DNA of 64,000 nucleotides from Candidatus Woesebacteria bacterium (GCA_963716475.1 OY970314.1:692790-756789); one strand, 5' to 3'; numbered from the stretch's first letter, positions 1-10,073 are shown. The notes: generated from the letters alone by a model not told the origin. A program made the numbers and translations.

Positions 1-87
1 ATGTTCTTTCCACTAGTCATATTCTAGGTTCTTAAGGCAAACTTGACAAGAAGAGGCTGTTTCTGAGAAAATACACACTCTAATACA

Positions 88-315
88 ATGGAATCATTTA
101 ACGGATCTGATGGAAGTTCTGACAATCACCCAAGCTATGAAGTGTTGCGACGGTTTGCTCTTAAATGCTCTGAATTGGGGGATCATAAAAGAGCACGGGA
201 GGTGTTAAGTATAATGGTAAGTAAGTGGCCGGAAAGGGTTATTGCCAGAGGCAAATCTGCTTCAAATGCGGATGTCCCTGACTCTAAGTTGGATACGTCG
301 GATACCACTCCATAA
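88..315 (+). CDS. hypothetical protein (75 aa)
   Basis: ATG ORF preceded by TTGACA (44-49); its 3' end overlaps the recJ 3' end by 54 nt; no recognisable motif. Confidence 0.4.
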   Translation: MESFNGSDGSSDNHPSYEVLRRFALKCSELGDHKRAREVLSIMVSKWPERVIARGKSASNADVPDSKLDTSDTTP

Positions 316-1923
316 ATCTTCTTCTACCTGAAACACGGCTTCAATAATTGATCCCGGAGCCAATTTAGAGTAATTTTCTCCCCCACCAAAGAATATTGAG
401 TCAAATATTTGTTCATGCTGCTTTAGTTTAAGTTTGAGGTGTTTTGCATCCCTCCCAACCGTTTTTGCGTCTATTACTTCAACTTTCCTACTTACAAAAG
501 TTGGACCGGGATTTCCCAAGCCGGTTGGTTCAAACTCTTTTATGCGTTCGACAAGGTCAACGTTAATATCTTTGAAGTCAAGTTCCAGATCAATTTTTAT
601 TTTTCTTTGTAAAATTTCCTTGGTTAACAGTTTTCCTGCAATTTTATTTATTTCTTTTGTAAAAACATCTATATTTTTTGTTTCAATGGAAAAACCGGCA
701 GCCATCGGGTGGCCCCCGCCCTCAATATAAAGTTTTTCAAGTTTTCTTATCGCCTCAATAATATTGAATCCGGAAATTGAACGGGCAGAGGCTTTAGAAA
801 TATTTCCGCTTTTGGAAAGTACTATTGCGGGACGGTAAAATTCTTCAACCAATTTTGCAGCGGCAAGACCGATAACTCCTTCGTGATAACTCTCATGCGC
901 CAGTACAATAACAAATTGTCTTTCAATGCTTTTATAGGAATTTCTGGCGTGTGCTACAACTTCGTCAACTATTTTCTGTCGTTCACGGTTGGTACGGCCG
1001 ATATTGCCGGCAATTTGGAAAGCTTTTACTTTGTCGCGCGTGCAAAGAAGTCTGAGAGATTCGAGACCGTGCTTAAGACGTCCCATTGAATTAATTCTCG
1101 GGGCAATCATAAACCCGACTTCGTATGGCCCGATTTCAGTCAGTCCTGCTTCATCAAAAAGTGCCAAAAGACCGGGCCTTTTTGTATGATTCAAAATCTC
1201 AAGACCGTATTTTACAACCGACCTGTTCGCTCCGATCAGAGGAAGTTGATCAGCAATTGTTCCGATTGCGGCAAGTTCCAGCCGGTTAATAATCTCCGAT
1301 TGTGTCATCTTGAAACTTTTCACAATTTCTCTCGCAAAAAACCAAGCAAGAGCCGACCCTCCAATCTTGGTGGTATAAATTAAAGCCAAAGGTTTGGGCA
1401 TTTTTTTACCGGCTTGATGATGATCGGAAATAATCATATCGACTCCCAAGTCTTTAACCTGATTAACTTTTTCTCCGGCAACGATTCCGTGATCAACCGT
1501 AATAATAAGACCGAGAGCGGGATCTTCCTTTTTTAATTTCTTAACGCTTTCCAAATTTAATCCGTATCCTTCGGAAAATCGTTCAGGAATGTGAGGTAAA
1601 ACGAAAATTCCAATATCGTGCAAAGTTTCCCACATCGTGGCCGTTCCGGTAATTCCGTCCGCATCGTAATCTCCGTAAATAATTACATGCTCGCCGTTCT
1701 TTTTGGCTTTTTTAATCCGTTCCAATGCCTTCTTAACTTCAGATTCTTTTACACCCAAAGATTTGAGGGATATTTTCATCGGATCAACAGGGTTAAAGAA
1801 CTCTTCTTGTTGTTTTACTGTTTTTATTCCGCGATTTTTTAGAAGAATATCAATAATTTTATCGCCTGCTACCTTACTCTTATACAATACTTCCCATCTT
1901 TTTGTATCTGTTTTCATCTCCAA
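262..1923 (-). CDS. recJ: single-stranded-DNA-specific exonuclease RecJ (DHH family)
   Basis: YGDYDADG, ITVDHG, SDHH, GTIAD, APRINS, SARS and GGGHPMAAG motifs; true start may be ATG 1917. Confidence 0.97.
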   Translation of the reverse strand: MEMKTDTKRWEVLYKSKVAGDKIIDILLKNRGIKTVKQQEEFFNPVDPMKISLKSLGVKESEVKKALERIKKAKKNGEHVIIYGDYDADGITGTATMWETLHDIGIFVLPHIPERFSEGYGLNLESVKKLKKEDPALGLIITVDHGIVAGEKVNQVKDLGVDMIISDHHQAGKKMPKPLALIYTTKIGGSALAWFFAREIVKSFKMTQSEIINRLELAAIGTIADQLPLIGANRSVVKYGLEILNHTKRPGLLALFDEAGLTEIGPYEVGFMIAPRINSMGRLKHGLESLRLLCTRDKVKAFQIAGNIGRTNRERQKIVDEVVAHARNSYKSIERQFVIVLAHESYHEGVIGLAAAKLVEEFYRPAIVLSKSGNISKASARSISGFNIIEAIRKLEKLYIEGGGHPMAAGFSIETKNIDVFTKEINKIAGKLLTKEILQRKIKIDLELDFKDINVDLVERIKEFEPTGLGNPGPTFVSRKVEVIDAKTVGRDAKHLKLKLKQHEQIFDSIFFGGGENYSKLAPGSIIEAVFQVEEDLWSGIRRIQLRVRDIRI

Positions 1924-1976
1924 GTATCATAGTATCTTAGTATCCTAATATCCACTCCTGAAGTATAATTAAGTTT

Positions 1977-3314
1977 ATGAAGACAGACTTACCCCGATCG
2001 GTATCGGATATATTAAACAAATTTAGCAAAGCCGGATACGAAATTTATATTGTCGGCGGAGCCGTACGGGATATCATAATGGGCAGGATTACGAATGACT
2101 GGGATTTTACGACCAATGCCACTCCGGAAGAAATTCTAAAGATTATTCCGGGAGGACTTTATAACAATCAATTCGGGACTGTTTTTACCGATAACCCGGA
2201 TGACCCGACGCGGCCCCATGAAATTACCACATTCAGAAAAGAGGAAGGATATATAGATTTCCGCCACCCGGAAAAAATTACCTGGGGAAAAAGTCTGGAA
2301 GAAGATCTGGCCAGACGTGATTTCACAATCAATTCTTTAGCACTCGACACAAATTTCAAGGTTATCGATTTATATAAAGGGGCTGATGATATAAAAAATA
2401 AACTGATACGCGCAGTCGGCAATCCTGACGAAAGGTTCGGCGAGGATGCGCTAAGAATGATGAGAGCCGTAAGAATTGGAGCGGAGCTCGGATTTATAAT
2501 CGAAGACAAAACTTTTGAAGCAATCAAAAAAAATGCACCCCTTATAAATAAAATTGCAAAAGAAAGAGTCAAAGAAGAACTTTTCAAAATCCTTGCCTCA
2601 CCAAATCCATATGACGGAGTCGTTCTTTTCAGAAATTCAGGGTTGATGCAGGAAATTTTGCCCGAAATGGAAAAATGCTTCGGGGTGGAACAAAAGTCCC
2701 CGGGCAGACATCACATTTATGATGTGGGCAATCATCTTTTAATGTCTCTAAAAAATTGTAAAAGCGAGGATCCGGTAACAAGGTTCGCCACATTAATTCA
2801 TGATATCGGAAAGCCGCTTACATATAAAAAGTTGGAAAGCGGAGTAATAACTTTCTATAACCACGAAATGGTTTCAACAAAAATTGCGGAAAACATCGCC
2901 GACCGGCTTCGTTTTTCCAACAAAGAGAAGGATAAATTTATAACCTTAATCCGCTGGCATCAATTTACCGTGGATGAGCACCAAACCGATTCTGCCCTTA
3001 GAAGGTTCATCCGGAATGTCGGGCTTGAGAACATTGAGGATATGTTGGCTCTCAGGGTTGCTGATCGACTTGGTGGCGGTGCGCGCGAAACCAGTTGGCG
3101 TCTTGAAGAATTTAAGAAAAGATTAATTGAGGTCCAAAAACAACCTTTTACTGTACGGGACCTGAAGATTGACGGACGGGACGTAATGAAGGAATTAAAA
3201 CTTAAGCCGGGTCCGGAGGTTGGCAAGATCCTAAACGACCTGTTTGATAAGGTTGTCGAAAAGAAAATCGAAAACGAGAGAGAGTCCCTCTTAAAAGAAC
3301 TAAGAAAAGATTAA
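1977..3314 (+). CDS. cca: CCA tRNA nucleotidyltransferase with HD domain
   Basis: VGGAVRD, DWDFTT, DLARRDFTINS, EDALRMMRAVR and LIHDIGKP motifs. Confidence 0.9.
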   Translation: MKTDLPRSVSDILNKFSKAGYEIYIVGGAVRDIIMGRITNDWDFTTNATPEEILKIIPGGLYNNQFGTVFTDNPDDPTRPHEITTFRKEEGYIDFRHPEKITWGKSLEEDLARRDFTINSLALDTNFKVIDLYKGADDIKNKLIRAVGNPDERFGEDALRMMRAVRIGAELGFIIEDKTFEAIKKNAPLINKIAKERVKEELFKILASPNPYDGVVLFRNSGLMQEILPEMEKCFGVEQKSPGRHHIYDVGNHLLMSLKNCKSEDPVTRFATLIHDIGKPLTYKKLESGVITFYNHEMVSTKIAENIADRLRFSNKEKDKFITLIRWHQFTVDEHQTDSALRRFIRNVGLENIEDMLALRVADRLGGGARETSWRLEEFKKRLIEVQKQPFTVRDLKIDGRDVMKELKLKPGPEVGKILNDLFDKVVEKKIENERESLLKELRKD

Positions 3315-4186
3315 TGCTTTTTGAATTTTTTCTGGAGTTCATCCCAGGTAACCAATATCGAAACCGCAACGAAGGGTGAAGAGTATGCGCCGGAGATTGA
3401 TCCGACCAGAAGTGTTGCTACAAACCACTTTATGGTGGAACCGCCGAGAAGCAGAAGCGCAATCATCATAAATACCAAAACGAAAGTATTATTTAAAGAC
3501 CTGACCATTGTTTCACTTGACGCCTTGTTTGCCAGGTCGTAAAGACTTTCCCCGAAGTTCTTTTTTGATTCTCTTATCCGATCGTAAACGATTATTGTGT
3601 CATGAACAGAAAAAGAAAGGATAGTAAGAAGTGCCGTGACGAATAAAAGATCCACCTCCGCTCCGAAGAAATGTCCGAATAAAGAATAAGTTCCGATAAC
3701 CACCAAGCTATCATGAAGCATCGCCAACACAGCCGAGACACCAAACTTGAAACTCTTAAATTGTACCGCCACCCAAAGAAGAATTCCCAGGGAGGCAATC
3801 AGCATTCCGTACGCGGTTTTTTTGACAAGTTCGGGACCGACTGTCGGGCCTATTGTTTCAAAGCGAAGTTCATCTACTGTCACTCCAAGCTTTTCGATTC
3901 CCGCCTTTAGATCAGCCCTTTGGGTACTATTCACCTGGCCAAGATTAAGAAGATATGAACCCGTAGAGGTTTTCTGGATAGAAACGACTTCTACTCCATT
4001 ATCTTTCAATACTTTTTCGATCGCAGAAGTTTCCAAATCCTTATTCAAATGATATTCAATCAGGGTCCCCCCTTTAAATTCCACCCCTATTTGAAGACCC
4101 CATTTAACCAAACTAAAGATTCCTGAAAGTATTACCACTCCGGAAATTAAAAGATAAAGCCAGCGGTACTTCATCCAGTCAATCAT
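3311..4186 (-). CDS. secF: protein translocase subunit SecF
   Basis: GVEFKGGT, IGPTVG, SVHDTIIVYDRIRE, RSLNNT; directly downstream of secD. Confidence 0.96.
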   Translation of the reverse strand: MIDWMKYRWLYLLISGVVILSGIFSLVKWGLQIGVEFKGGTLIEYHLNKDLETSAIEKVLKDNGVEVVSIQKTSTGSYLLNLGQVNSTQRADLKAGIEKLGVTVDELRFETIGPTVGPELVKKTAYGMLIASLGILLWVAVQFKSFKFGVSAVLAMLHDSLVVIGTYSLFGHFFGAEVDLLFVTALLTILSFSVHDTIIVYDRIRESKKNFGESLYDLANKASSETMVRSLNNTFVLVFMMIALLLLGGSTIKWFVATLLVGSISGAYSSPFVAVSILVTWDELQKKFKKH

Positions 4187-5510
4187 TTTTTCCTCCTTTC
4201 ACAAACACTCTCAATAAATTTCTGCTTACAAAAATTCCGGAAAAAAGGCTGATGAAGATTCCGAGTCCCAGCGTAATTGCAAAACCTCTGATCGGCCCAG
4301 ACGTATTTAAGAAACTCCAGTCAAAAGGATTTGCCAAAACAAAACAGGTAATTAAAGTTGCAGCATAGGCATCACGGATTGAATTCCAAGCCCTGCCGAA
4401 AGCAATCTCAAGAGCCTGGTGAAATTCGTGTTTCGGTTTTTCTTCTTTAAATCTCTCAAAAATAAGAATGTTGCCATCCAAGGCCATTCCCACCGAAAGC
4501 ATAAACCCGGCAATTCCGGGCAGAGTTACCGTAACGGGAATCAATTTATACAAAGCGACAGTTATAACCGCAAAAATGAAAAGTCCTATATCCGCAATTA
4601 CTCCCAATCTGCCGTATTCTAAAATCATAAAAAGACAAACCATAACCGCGCCGACAATTCCCGCCAAAACACTTTGCCTGACGGATGTGGCCCCGAGAGT
4701 TGCTCCGATTGTGGTCTCCTGAATAAGATTGACGGGAACGGGAAGAGCCCCCGCATTAAGCTGAATTGAGAGTTGCTTTGCTTCATCTATACTAAAACTG
4801 CCGGTTATTTGTGCACTCCCCCCGGTTATCTGACCTTCAACTACCGGGGCTGAAATTACCTGGTTATCAAGAATTATCGGAAGCTGTTTTCCAACATTTC
4901 TCCCCGTAATTTCGGCAAATTTATCCCCACCGTCTTTGGTAAATTGAATCGAAATTGAAGGCTTACCTGTTTTGTTGTCAAAAACAACCGCTGCCGATTG
5001 CAAGTCAGCTCCGGTTAAATTCGTTGCTTTTAGTGTTGCAGAGGGGGTTGCGCCATTCACTCCCGGTACTTCCACCACTTCTTCAAAAAGAAGCTGTGCA
5101 GTCTTACCTATCAGGCTTACCGCCTGCTGGGTGTCGCTTATTCCCGGAAGTTCCACTATAACTCTATCCTTGCCCTCAAAAACAGAGGTCTGAACAGTCG
5201 GTTCGGAAATTCCAAAAAGGTTCACGCGATTTTCGATAATGTTTTTGACACCATTAAGTGCTGTCGCCTGTTTATCCGGCGAGATTTTACTCATATCAGC
5301 CTGGAATACAAGCTGACTTCCTCCGGCAAGATCAAGCCCCAGGTGCAAATCAAATTTTCGCTGCAAAGTAAGGCCTCCGATTTTTATATACAGATCGGGC
5401 CTGGTAATATTTTTTCCGAATAATGTAACTTTTGGCGGAAGACAAACATACGTTGCCGCGAGAACCAGAATAACAATCAGTATGAATTTTTTAATGGGAG
5501 AGGAAAACAT
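4179..5510 (-). CDS. secD: protein translocase subunit SecD
   Basis: LGLDLAGG, RVNLFGISEP, LNAGALP, GMALDGNILIFERFKEE. Confidence 0.96.
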   Translation of the reverse strand: MFSSPIKKFILIVILVLAATYVCLPPKVTLFGKNITRPDLYIKIGGLTLQRKFDLHLGLDLAGGSQLVFQADMSKISPDKQATALNGVKNIIENRVNLFGISEPTVQTSVFEGKDRVIVELPGISDTQQAVSLIGKTAQLLFEEVVEVPGVNGATPSATLKATNLTGADLQSAAVVFDNKTGKPSISIQFTKDGGDKFAEITGRNVGKQLPIILDNQVISAPVVEGQITGGSAQITGSFSIDEAKQLSIQLNAGALPVPVNLIQETTIGATLGATSVRQSVLAGIVGAVMVCLFMILEYGRLGVIADIGLFIFAVITVALYKLIPVTVTLPGIAGFMLSVGMALDGNILIFERFKEEKPKHEFHQALEIAFGRAWNSIRDAYAATLITCFVLANPFDWSFLNTSGPIRGFAITLGLGIFISLFSGIFVSRNLLRVFVKGGKND

Positions 5511-5567
5511 GTATATAAATTTTTAATTACTCTTGAAGCATACCACAGTCAAAGCAAATTTTGGGAA

Positions 5568-6152
5568 TTAATCTACCAGATCTTCTTCGTTTCCGATGAT
5601 CATAAACCTGCTTCCCGAAAGTATTCCAAGCAAGAACGGATCGCGCCGCTTTTTCCTAAAATCAAACTCATCTCTTCCCATAACGGTATAATTTATTTCC
5701 CTGCTCCTCTTACTTTCTTCCGCTCTTATTATCGTAGCCAATTCCGGCAGAACCACATCTCCGACAACCAAAATATCAACGTCGTCTTCACTTTTACGGT
5801 CCTTGCCTTCAACAAGCCTTCCGGAAAACATAACAAACGCCACTTTCCCGATTTTATTGCGGTTTTCAATAATAGCTTTACCCAAACCTGTAGTCTTGGC
5901 AACTATCGAAATCAAATCACCGAAAAGTGAATACTCGGGTCTGATTGAATAATAAATCCTATTACCGCGCGGCTCTTTCCTTAACACTCCGTCATTTTCC
6001 AGTTTTGCCAGCTCCCGCCTTACGGCATTAATTTCTTCGCCTATCTCCCTGACAATGCCTCTGACATGGTAAATCTCCTTCAGGTTGGAGAAAAAAAGCT
6101 CCAAGATTTTAATTCTGACTTTGGAAGTGATAATGTCACCCAAATTGGCCAT
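5568..6152 (-). CDS. winged-HTH protein with C-terminal nucleotidyltransferase-like domain
   Basis: N-terminal wHTH pattern (SKVRIKILELF..HVRGIVR..NAVRRELAKLE..G) and C-terminal DVDILVVG. Confidence 0.7.
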   Translation of the reverse strand: MANLGDIITSKVRIKILELFFSNLKEIYHVRGIVREIGEEINAVRRELAKLENDGVLRKEPRGNRIYYSIRPEYSLFGDLISIVAKTTGLGKAIIENRNKIGKVAFVMFSGRLVEGKDRKSEDDVDILVVGDVVLPELATIIRAEESKRSREINYTVMGRDEFDFRKKRRDPFLLGILSGSRFMIIGNEEDLVD

Positions 6153-6192
6153 CTATTTTTGGAGCAGTCTAAATGTTGTAAAGTTACCTAAT

Positions 6193-7431
6193 TTAGTAAG
6201 TAACTTTGTTTTGAGCAGGAACTACCTCAACCCAAGTTTGTCCGCGAACTATCTGAACCTCTACCCCATTTGTATCATAAAAAACTTCCCTGTCAAGCGC
6301 CGAAGCCTTTTTCCAGGTTCCGGTTATAACCTGACCGTTTTGGAAAACCAGTGCTTTACCTGTCCCTATAACCTGATAAAACATGTGGTGTTCGGAATCA
6401 AGCGGTCCTTTCTCCGTCGCAAACATAATGGCTACATTTTTAGCTGAGAGTTGCGGTTTATCAAACTCCCAATCCACATGGGCAACCCCACCGTTAAATC
6501 TCAAGTAAGAATTTGTGGCCGAATCATATTTCCATTCAACATCATAACCCGGCATACTGTCCCAAAAGTTGAATTTAATATCCGAGGCAACCGGGGAGGT
6601 TGCGGCTTTGCCGTCCTGGAAGAGCCACTTTCTGAATCCTTGAGTCCAGATAACTCCGCTTGAATCCTTATAGCCAAGGCTACGTTTTGCAGCTTCCGCC
6701 CAGACCAAATCCAGATCCGCCACAACCGCATGCTCCCATGCCGAGGGGGTACTACTTAAACGATACTGGTCTCTGACAACTATCGGAAAACCGATATTGT
6801 ATCCTCCGTCAAAATTATTGCCTTGGGATCCCCCCTGCCAACCCAACTTATCAAAAAGCGTTAAGGCATTAACGGTAGGGTTTATCTCGCTTGCCGGTTT
6901 GACCCCTCCCGGACATGTACTGCAAATATTATTCGCCTCACCCTGGTGAAGAAAAATCGGATCTTTTCCGTAACCCGCGGCAAGATTAATAAAATATACC
7001 CTGGCACTCCTCAGAGGGGCTGCCTGAACATCTTCCGCCACCGCACCACAGTAAAATACCCCGACAAATCTGGTTATTCCGCCTTCGGCTACGGCTTCAT
7101 AAATAACATCCGCCCGGGAAAGTCCCGATTCAGGCCTTGCGTCAACATGGTTTTCAATCATCATTGTGATTGGTCGCCTGGTATTCCAAATGTCACTTTC
7201 CGCTTTTGTATACTTCTCGCCGTTAATCGGACATTCTTCCGTTTTGGGAAGATTAAGATTTATTTTTGTCTTTTGATTGATTGTAGACAGTAGCCCCGAA
7301 GCCCCCTTAGGATTTACCAGATAAAAGACAATAAGGGAAAGTCCTACTGAAACCAAAAAAAGACCTATAAAGCTCGCAATTATTATAAATTTTTTATTTC
7401 CCAAAAACCCCTTAAAATTATATTTTTTCAT
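6193..7431 (-). CDS. DUF3048 / YerB-like membrane-anchored protein
   Basis: N-terminal TM helix; MIENHVDARPESGLSRADVIYE..AEGGITRF and PLRSAR motifs. Confidence 0.85.
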   Translation of the reverse strand: MKKYNFKGFLGNKKFIIIASFIGLFLVSVGLSLIVFYLVNPKGASGLLSTINQKTKINLNLPKTEECPINGEKYTKAESDIWNTRRPITMMIENHVDARPESGLSRADVIYEAVAEGGITRFVGVFYCGAVAEDVQAAPLRSARVYFINLAAGYGKDPIFLHQGEANNICSTCPGGVKPASEINPTVNALTLFDKLGWQGGSQGNNFDGGYNIGFPIVVRDQYRLSSTPSAWEHAVVADLDLVWAEAAKRSLGYKDSSGVIWTQGFRKWLFQDGKAATSPVASDIKFNFWDSMPGYDVEWKYDSATNSYLRFNGGVAHVDWEFDKPQLSAKNVAIMFATEKGPLDSEHHMFYQVIGTGKALVFQNGQVITGTWKKASALDREVFYDTNGVEVQIVRGQTWVEVVPAQNKVTY

Positions 7432-7475
7432 GATATTCTAACAAGCTCCGCTTATGACAATATTCCATTCTATCA

Positions 7476-7934
7476 TTATCTGCTCTTTTGAGCATTAACT
7501 AATGCTTTCTTTTCTTCCGACGAGAGCTCAAACCCGCTTTTCCCCCTTTTAACATCTTTCATATATACCCTGGTCCTATCCCTCGTATGCAAACTGGTAA
7601 TAATAATTCCCGAATCGTGTGAGTCAAGAATTGCCAGGCTAAAACTGTGATCTCCTCCAAGCTCTTTAAACGGATTAAACCGGATTAATCCTACTTTTTG
7701 TATATGGAATTTTCCGTCTTCTTCAATAAGATCGACCCTTCTTTCCAGAGCTTTTATTTCGTCTGTATTAACGTCTCCCTTCGTTAAAACTTTTTCCAAA
7801 ACTTTCCTGAGATCGGAAACTTCTACACCTTTTGTAAGTTTGTTAAAAAGAGTAATAAAACGATAAAGGAAAAGGCTTAAGGCTAAAAGCCAAAGACCGA
7901 AAATAATCAAGATAAAATAACTCAGGTTTTGCAT
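7476..7934 (-). CDS. DUF4446 family membrane protein
   Basis: N-terminal TM; IQKVGLIRFNPF..LGGDHSFSLAILD..G..ITSLH.R..TRVY.K..LS.EE. Confidence 0.85.
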   Translation of the reverse strand: MQNLSYFILIIFGLWLLALSLFLYRFITLFNKLTKGVEVSDLRKVLEKVLTKGDVNTDEIKALERRVDLIEEDGKFHIQKVGLIRFNPFKELGGDHSFSLAILDSHDSGIIITSLHTRDRTRVYMKDVKRGKSGFELSSEEKKALVNAQKSR

Positions 7935-7966
7935 CCGGTTTTGGCAGGCTCAGTCATTTTTACATC

Positions 7967-8290
7967 TTGAAAAGTCGGTGTCAAGGAGATATAGAAGAAG
8001 ATGTGGCAATTAATCGGACCCGAAAAAATAAAGAAAATCCGCATTACGGATTCCTCGTTTCCTGGCAGCCAGACAGCCATTCTCAGGCACGTGTCAAGAG
8101 GGAATCGAATTCAGACAAAATTTCAGAATCAGCCACGAACAGGCACGGGGAAAAGGCCGTATCTATGGCACAAGGTGCGCTAGCCTTGGGTACCAAAAAA
8201 AGCATAATAAGAAGTCTGATCTTGATTAGCTTCATCTTAATCCTGGAGCTGGTGGTATACTTAGCCTGGAGAAAATTTGGTCTGTCCTAA
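7967..8290 (+). CDS. hypothetical protein with C-terminal TM helix (start uncertain, possibly GTG 8003)
   Basis: basic N-terminus and hydrophobic C-terminal segment SLILISFILILELVVYLAW. Confidence 0.55.
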   Translation: MKSRCQGDIEEDVAINRTRKNKENPHYGFLVSWQPDSHSQARVKRESNSDKISESATNRHGEKAVSMAQGALALGTKKSIIRSLILISFILILELVVYLAWRKFGLS

Positions 8291-8309
8291 TGATAGGAGG
8301 TGAATATTA

Positions 8310-8447
8310 ATGATGTACTGTGTAAAGTGCCGCGCCAAGAGAGAAGGAAAAGACGCACAAGAAGTTACCATGAAGAATGGTAAGAAAGCTACAAAAGCTG
8401 TTTGTGAAGTCTGTGGCACAACAATGTTCAAGATCGGAGGCAAATAA
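8310..8447 (+). CDS. DUF5679-like small basic zinc-ribbon protein (45 aa, not in ORF track)
   Basis: manual translation MMYCVKCRAKREGKDAQEVTMKNGKKATKAVCEVCGTTMFKIGGK; two CxxC motifs; strong SD AGGAGGTG at 8295-8302; terminator follows. Confidence 0.88.
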   Translation: MMYCVKCRAKREGKDAQEVTMKNGKKATKAVCEVCGTTMFKIGGK

Positions 8448-8472
8448 CCTTTAATCTGAATATTTTTTAAAG

Positions 8473-8504
8473 CAAAAGGGCACCGGTATGACCGGCCCCT
8501 TTTG
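8473..8504 (+). terminator. intrinsic terminator-like hairpin
   Basis: CAAAAGGG-CA-CCGGT-ATG-ACCGG-CCCCTTTTG downstream of the 45-aa ORF. Confidence 0.65.
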
Positions 8505-8518
8505 TGTTCCCCACTAAT

Positions 8519-9113
8519 ATGTATTTTTCTAAGGTTTTCAAAGTATTTGATAAACATTACAAGCCGATCCCCCTGGAAGTTTTCGGTTCCGATCCATACA
8601 AGACCCTTATCTCCACCCTTCTATCCGCCCGAACCAAGGACGAAGTTACGCTTGAGGCATCAAAACGTTTATTTACCAGGGCACCCAACTTAAAAAGTTT
8701 GGGTCAATTAGGTCAATCAGAAATTGCAAAGCTTATCTACCCCGTCGGTTTTTATAAAACCAAAGCCAGGCATCTTAAAAAATTGGCAAGTACTATCACC
8801 AGTGTCCCCAATTCCCAAAAGGAACTTGTCAAACTTCCGGGAGTGGGTGTCAAAACCGCAAACCTGGTTCTTAACCGCGCTTTTGCTATCCCCGCAATCG
8901 CGGTAGACACTCATGTTCATAGAATCAGCAACACTCCTCGGTTGGGTTCATACAAAAACACCGGAACAAACCGAAAAAGAATTGAATAGGATTATTCCAA
9001 AAAAATATTGGCCGGATATGAATAGGTTGTTTGTTTCCATCGGCCGCCAGTTTACTTCAAAGAAAAAGTTGGAGGAGTTTTTAAGAAAAGAAAAACTACT
9101 TCCACTTACTTGA
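8519..9113 (+). pseudogene. nth: endonuclease III (HhH-GPD), split by a +1 frameshift near 8933
   Basis: frame 1 carries [25 protein letters not shown] and [12 protein letters not shown]; the expected continuation [14 protein letters not shown] is in the next frame (AAC-A-CTC-CTC-GGT-TGG). Confidence 0.85.
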
Positions 9114-9138
9114 CACTACAAATTTGGGATGATATACA

Positions 9139-9429
9139 ATGGGCAGAATGGCACCGGAAATTTTAACAGATAATTTTGTTTCTCCTTCTGCTTCTCGGGA
9201 GGCTGCGGTTGCATTCGTTAGAAATTACGGCAGGGAAGATGACCCCTCGAAACCGGCACAGGCGGTCCCCCTAAAAGAAATCATTGCACAAGGATCGCAA
9301 AGGAACTGGTGGTTCGGTCCGGAGGTGGATGTGATTAACTTTCTATATGCGAAGCAGGTCTTGGGTATATTCAAAATTGACCCCACCGGCCAAGAAGAGA
9401 CCGTTACCTGGGTTGGTAATAATCCTTAA
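9139..9429 (+). CDS. hypothetical protein
   Basis: 96-aa ORF with TTGACA (9110) and TACAAT (9135) upstream; start may be ATG 9148. Confidence 0.6.
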   Translation: MGRMAPEILTDNFVSPSASREAAVAFVRNYGREDDPSKPAQAVPLKEIIAQGSQRNWWFGPEVDVINFLYAKQVLGIFKIDPTGQEETVTWVGNNP

Positions 9430-9456
9430 TTATTAATACTTCCTCACTATTCTGTC

Positions 9457-9900
9457 TCAATCGGAGTAGATAATTGTGACAGGGCCATCGAGAACAGTTT
9501 CTATTTTCATATAATCCCCGAAGCTTCCGGTTTCGACTTTGATTCCGGTATCGTTAAGTTTTTTGACAAAAAACTCGTACAACTCTTTTGCCCGTTCTGG
9601 GTCTTCCGCATTTATAAAACTGGGTCTGTTGCCTCCTGACGTATCCGCATGCAGGGTGAACTGGGAAACAACGAGCATACTTCCTTTTACATCACTTACC
9701 GATAAATTCATTTTGTCATTAGGATCCGCCATCACTCGAAGTTTGGAAAGTTTGGCAGCAAGCATCTCAGCATCTTTTTCAGTGTCTCCTTTTTTAACTC
9801 CTACGAGAACAAAAAGGCCTTTGCCGATTTCCCCTACAGTAGAACCATCGTCAACTTTTACTACTTTTGCTTTTTCAACTCTTTGTACAACAAGACGCAT
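9457..9900 (-). CDS. dtd: D-aminoacyl-tRNA deacylase
   Basis: MRLVVQRV, SQFTL, GNRPSF, DGPVT. Confidence 0.97.
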   Translation of the reverse strand: MRLVVQRVEKAKVVKVDDGSTVGEIGKGLFVLVGVKKGDTEKDAEMLAAKLSKLRVMADPNDKMNLSVSDVKGSMLVVSQFTLHADTSGGNRPSFINAEDPERAKELYEFFVKKLNDTGIKVETGSFGDYMKIETVLDGPVTIIYSD

Positions 9901-9942
9901 GGAGTTATTTTACAACATTCTTGCTTGCCCAAGAAACCGTTT

Positions 9943-9974
9943 CAATACTTCTTTGCTTCTCTAAAGAAGTATTG
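9943..9974. repeat. 12-bp perfect inverted repeat (hairpin)
   Basis: CAATACTTCTTT-N8-AAAGAAGTATTG between mgtA and dtd. Confidence 0.6.
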
Positions 9975-10054
9975 GGAAGAAAGGAGTCCCCGATTGTCCT
10001 TACCAATAATTTCTTAACGTGATTTGTTGAGGAATGATTACCTTCCGGAATTCA

Positions 10055-10073
10055 CCTTCGGCTTCGCTCAGGT
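10055..10073. repeat. REP-like short palindromic element
   Basis: CCTTCGGCTTCGCTCAGG resembles the CCTTCGACTTCGCTCAGG-type intergenic repeats; a degenerate relative is at ~45047-45076. Confidence 0.4.

Noticed and set aside
1921-1952. Short imperfect AGTATC repeats between recJ and cca
   Set aside because: Only 3-4 degenerate units with no spacers; not a CRISPR array or a clear operator.
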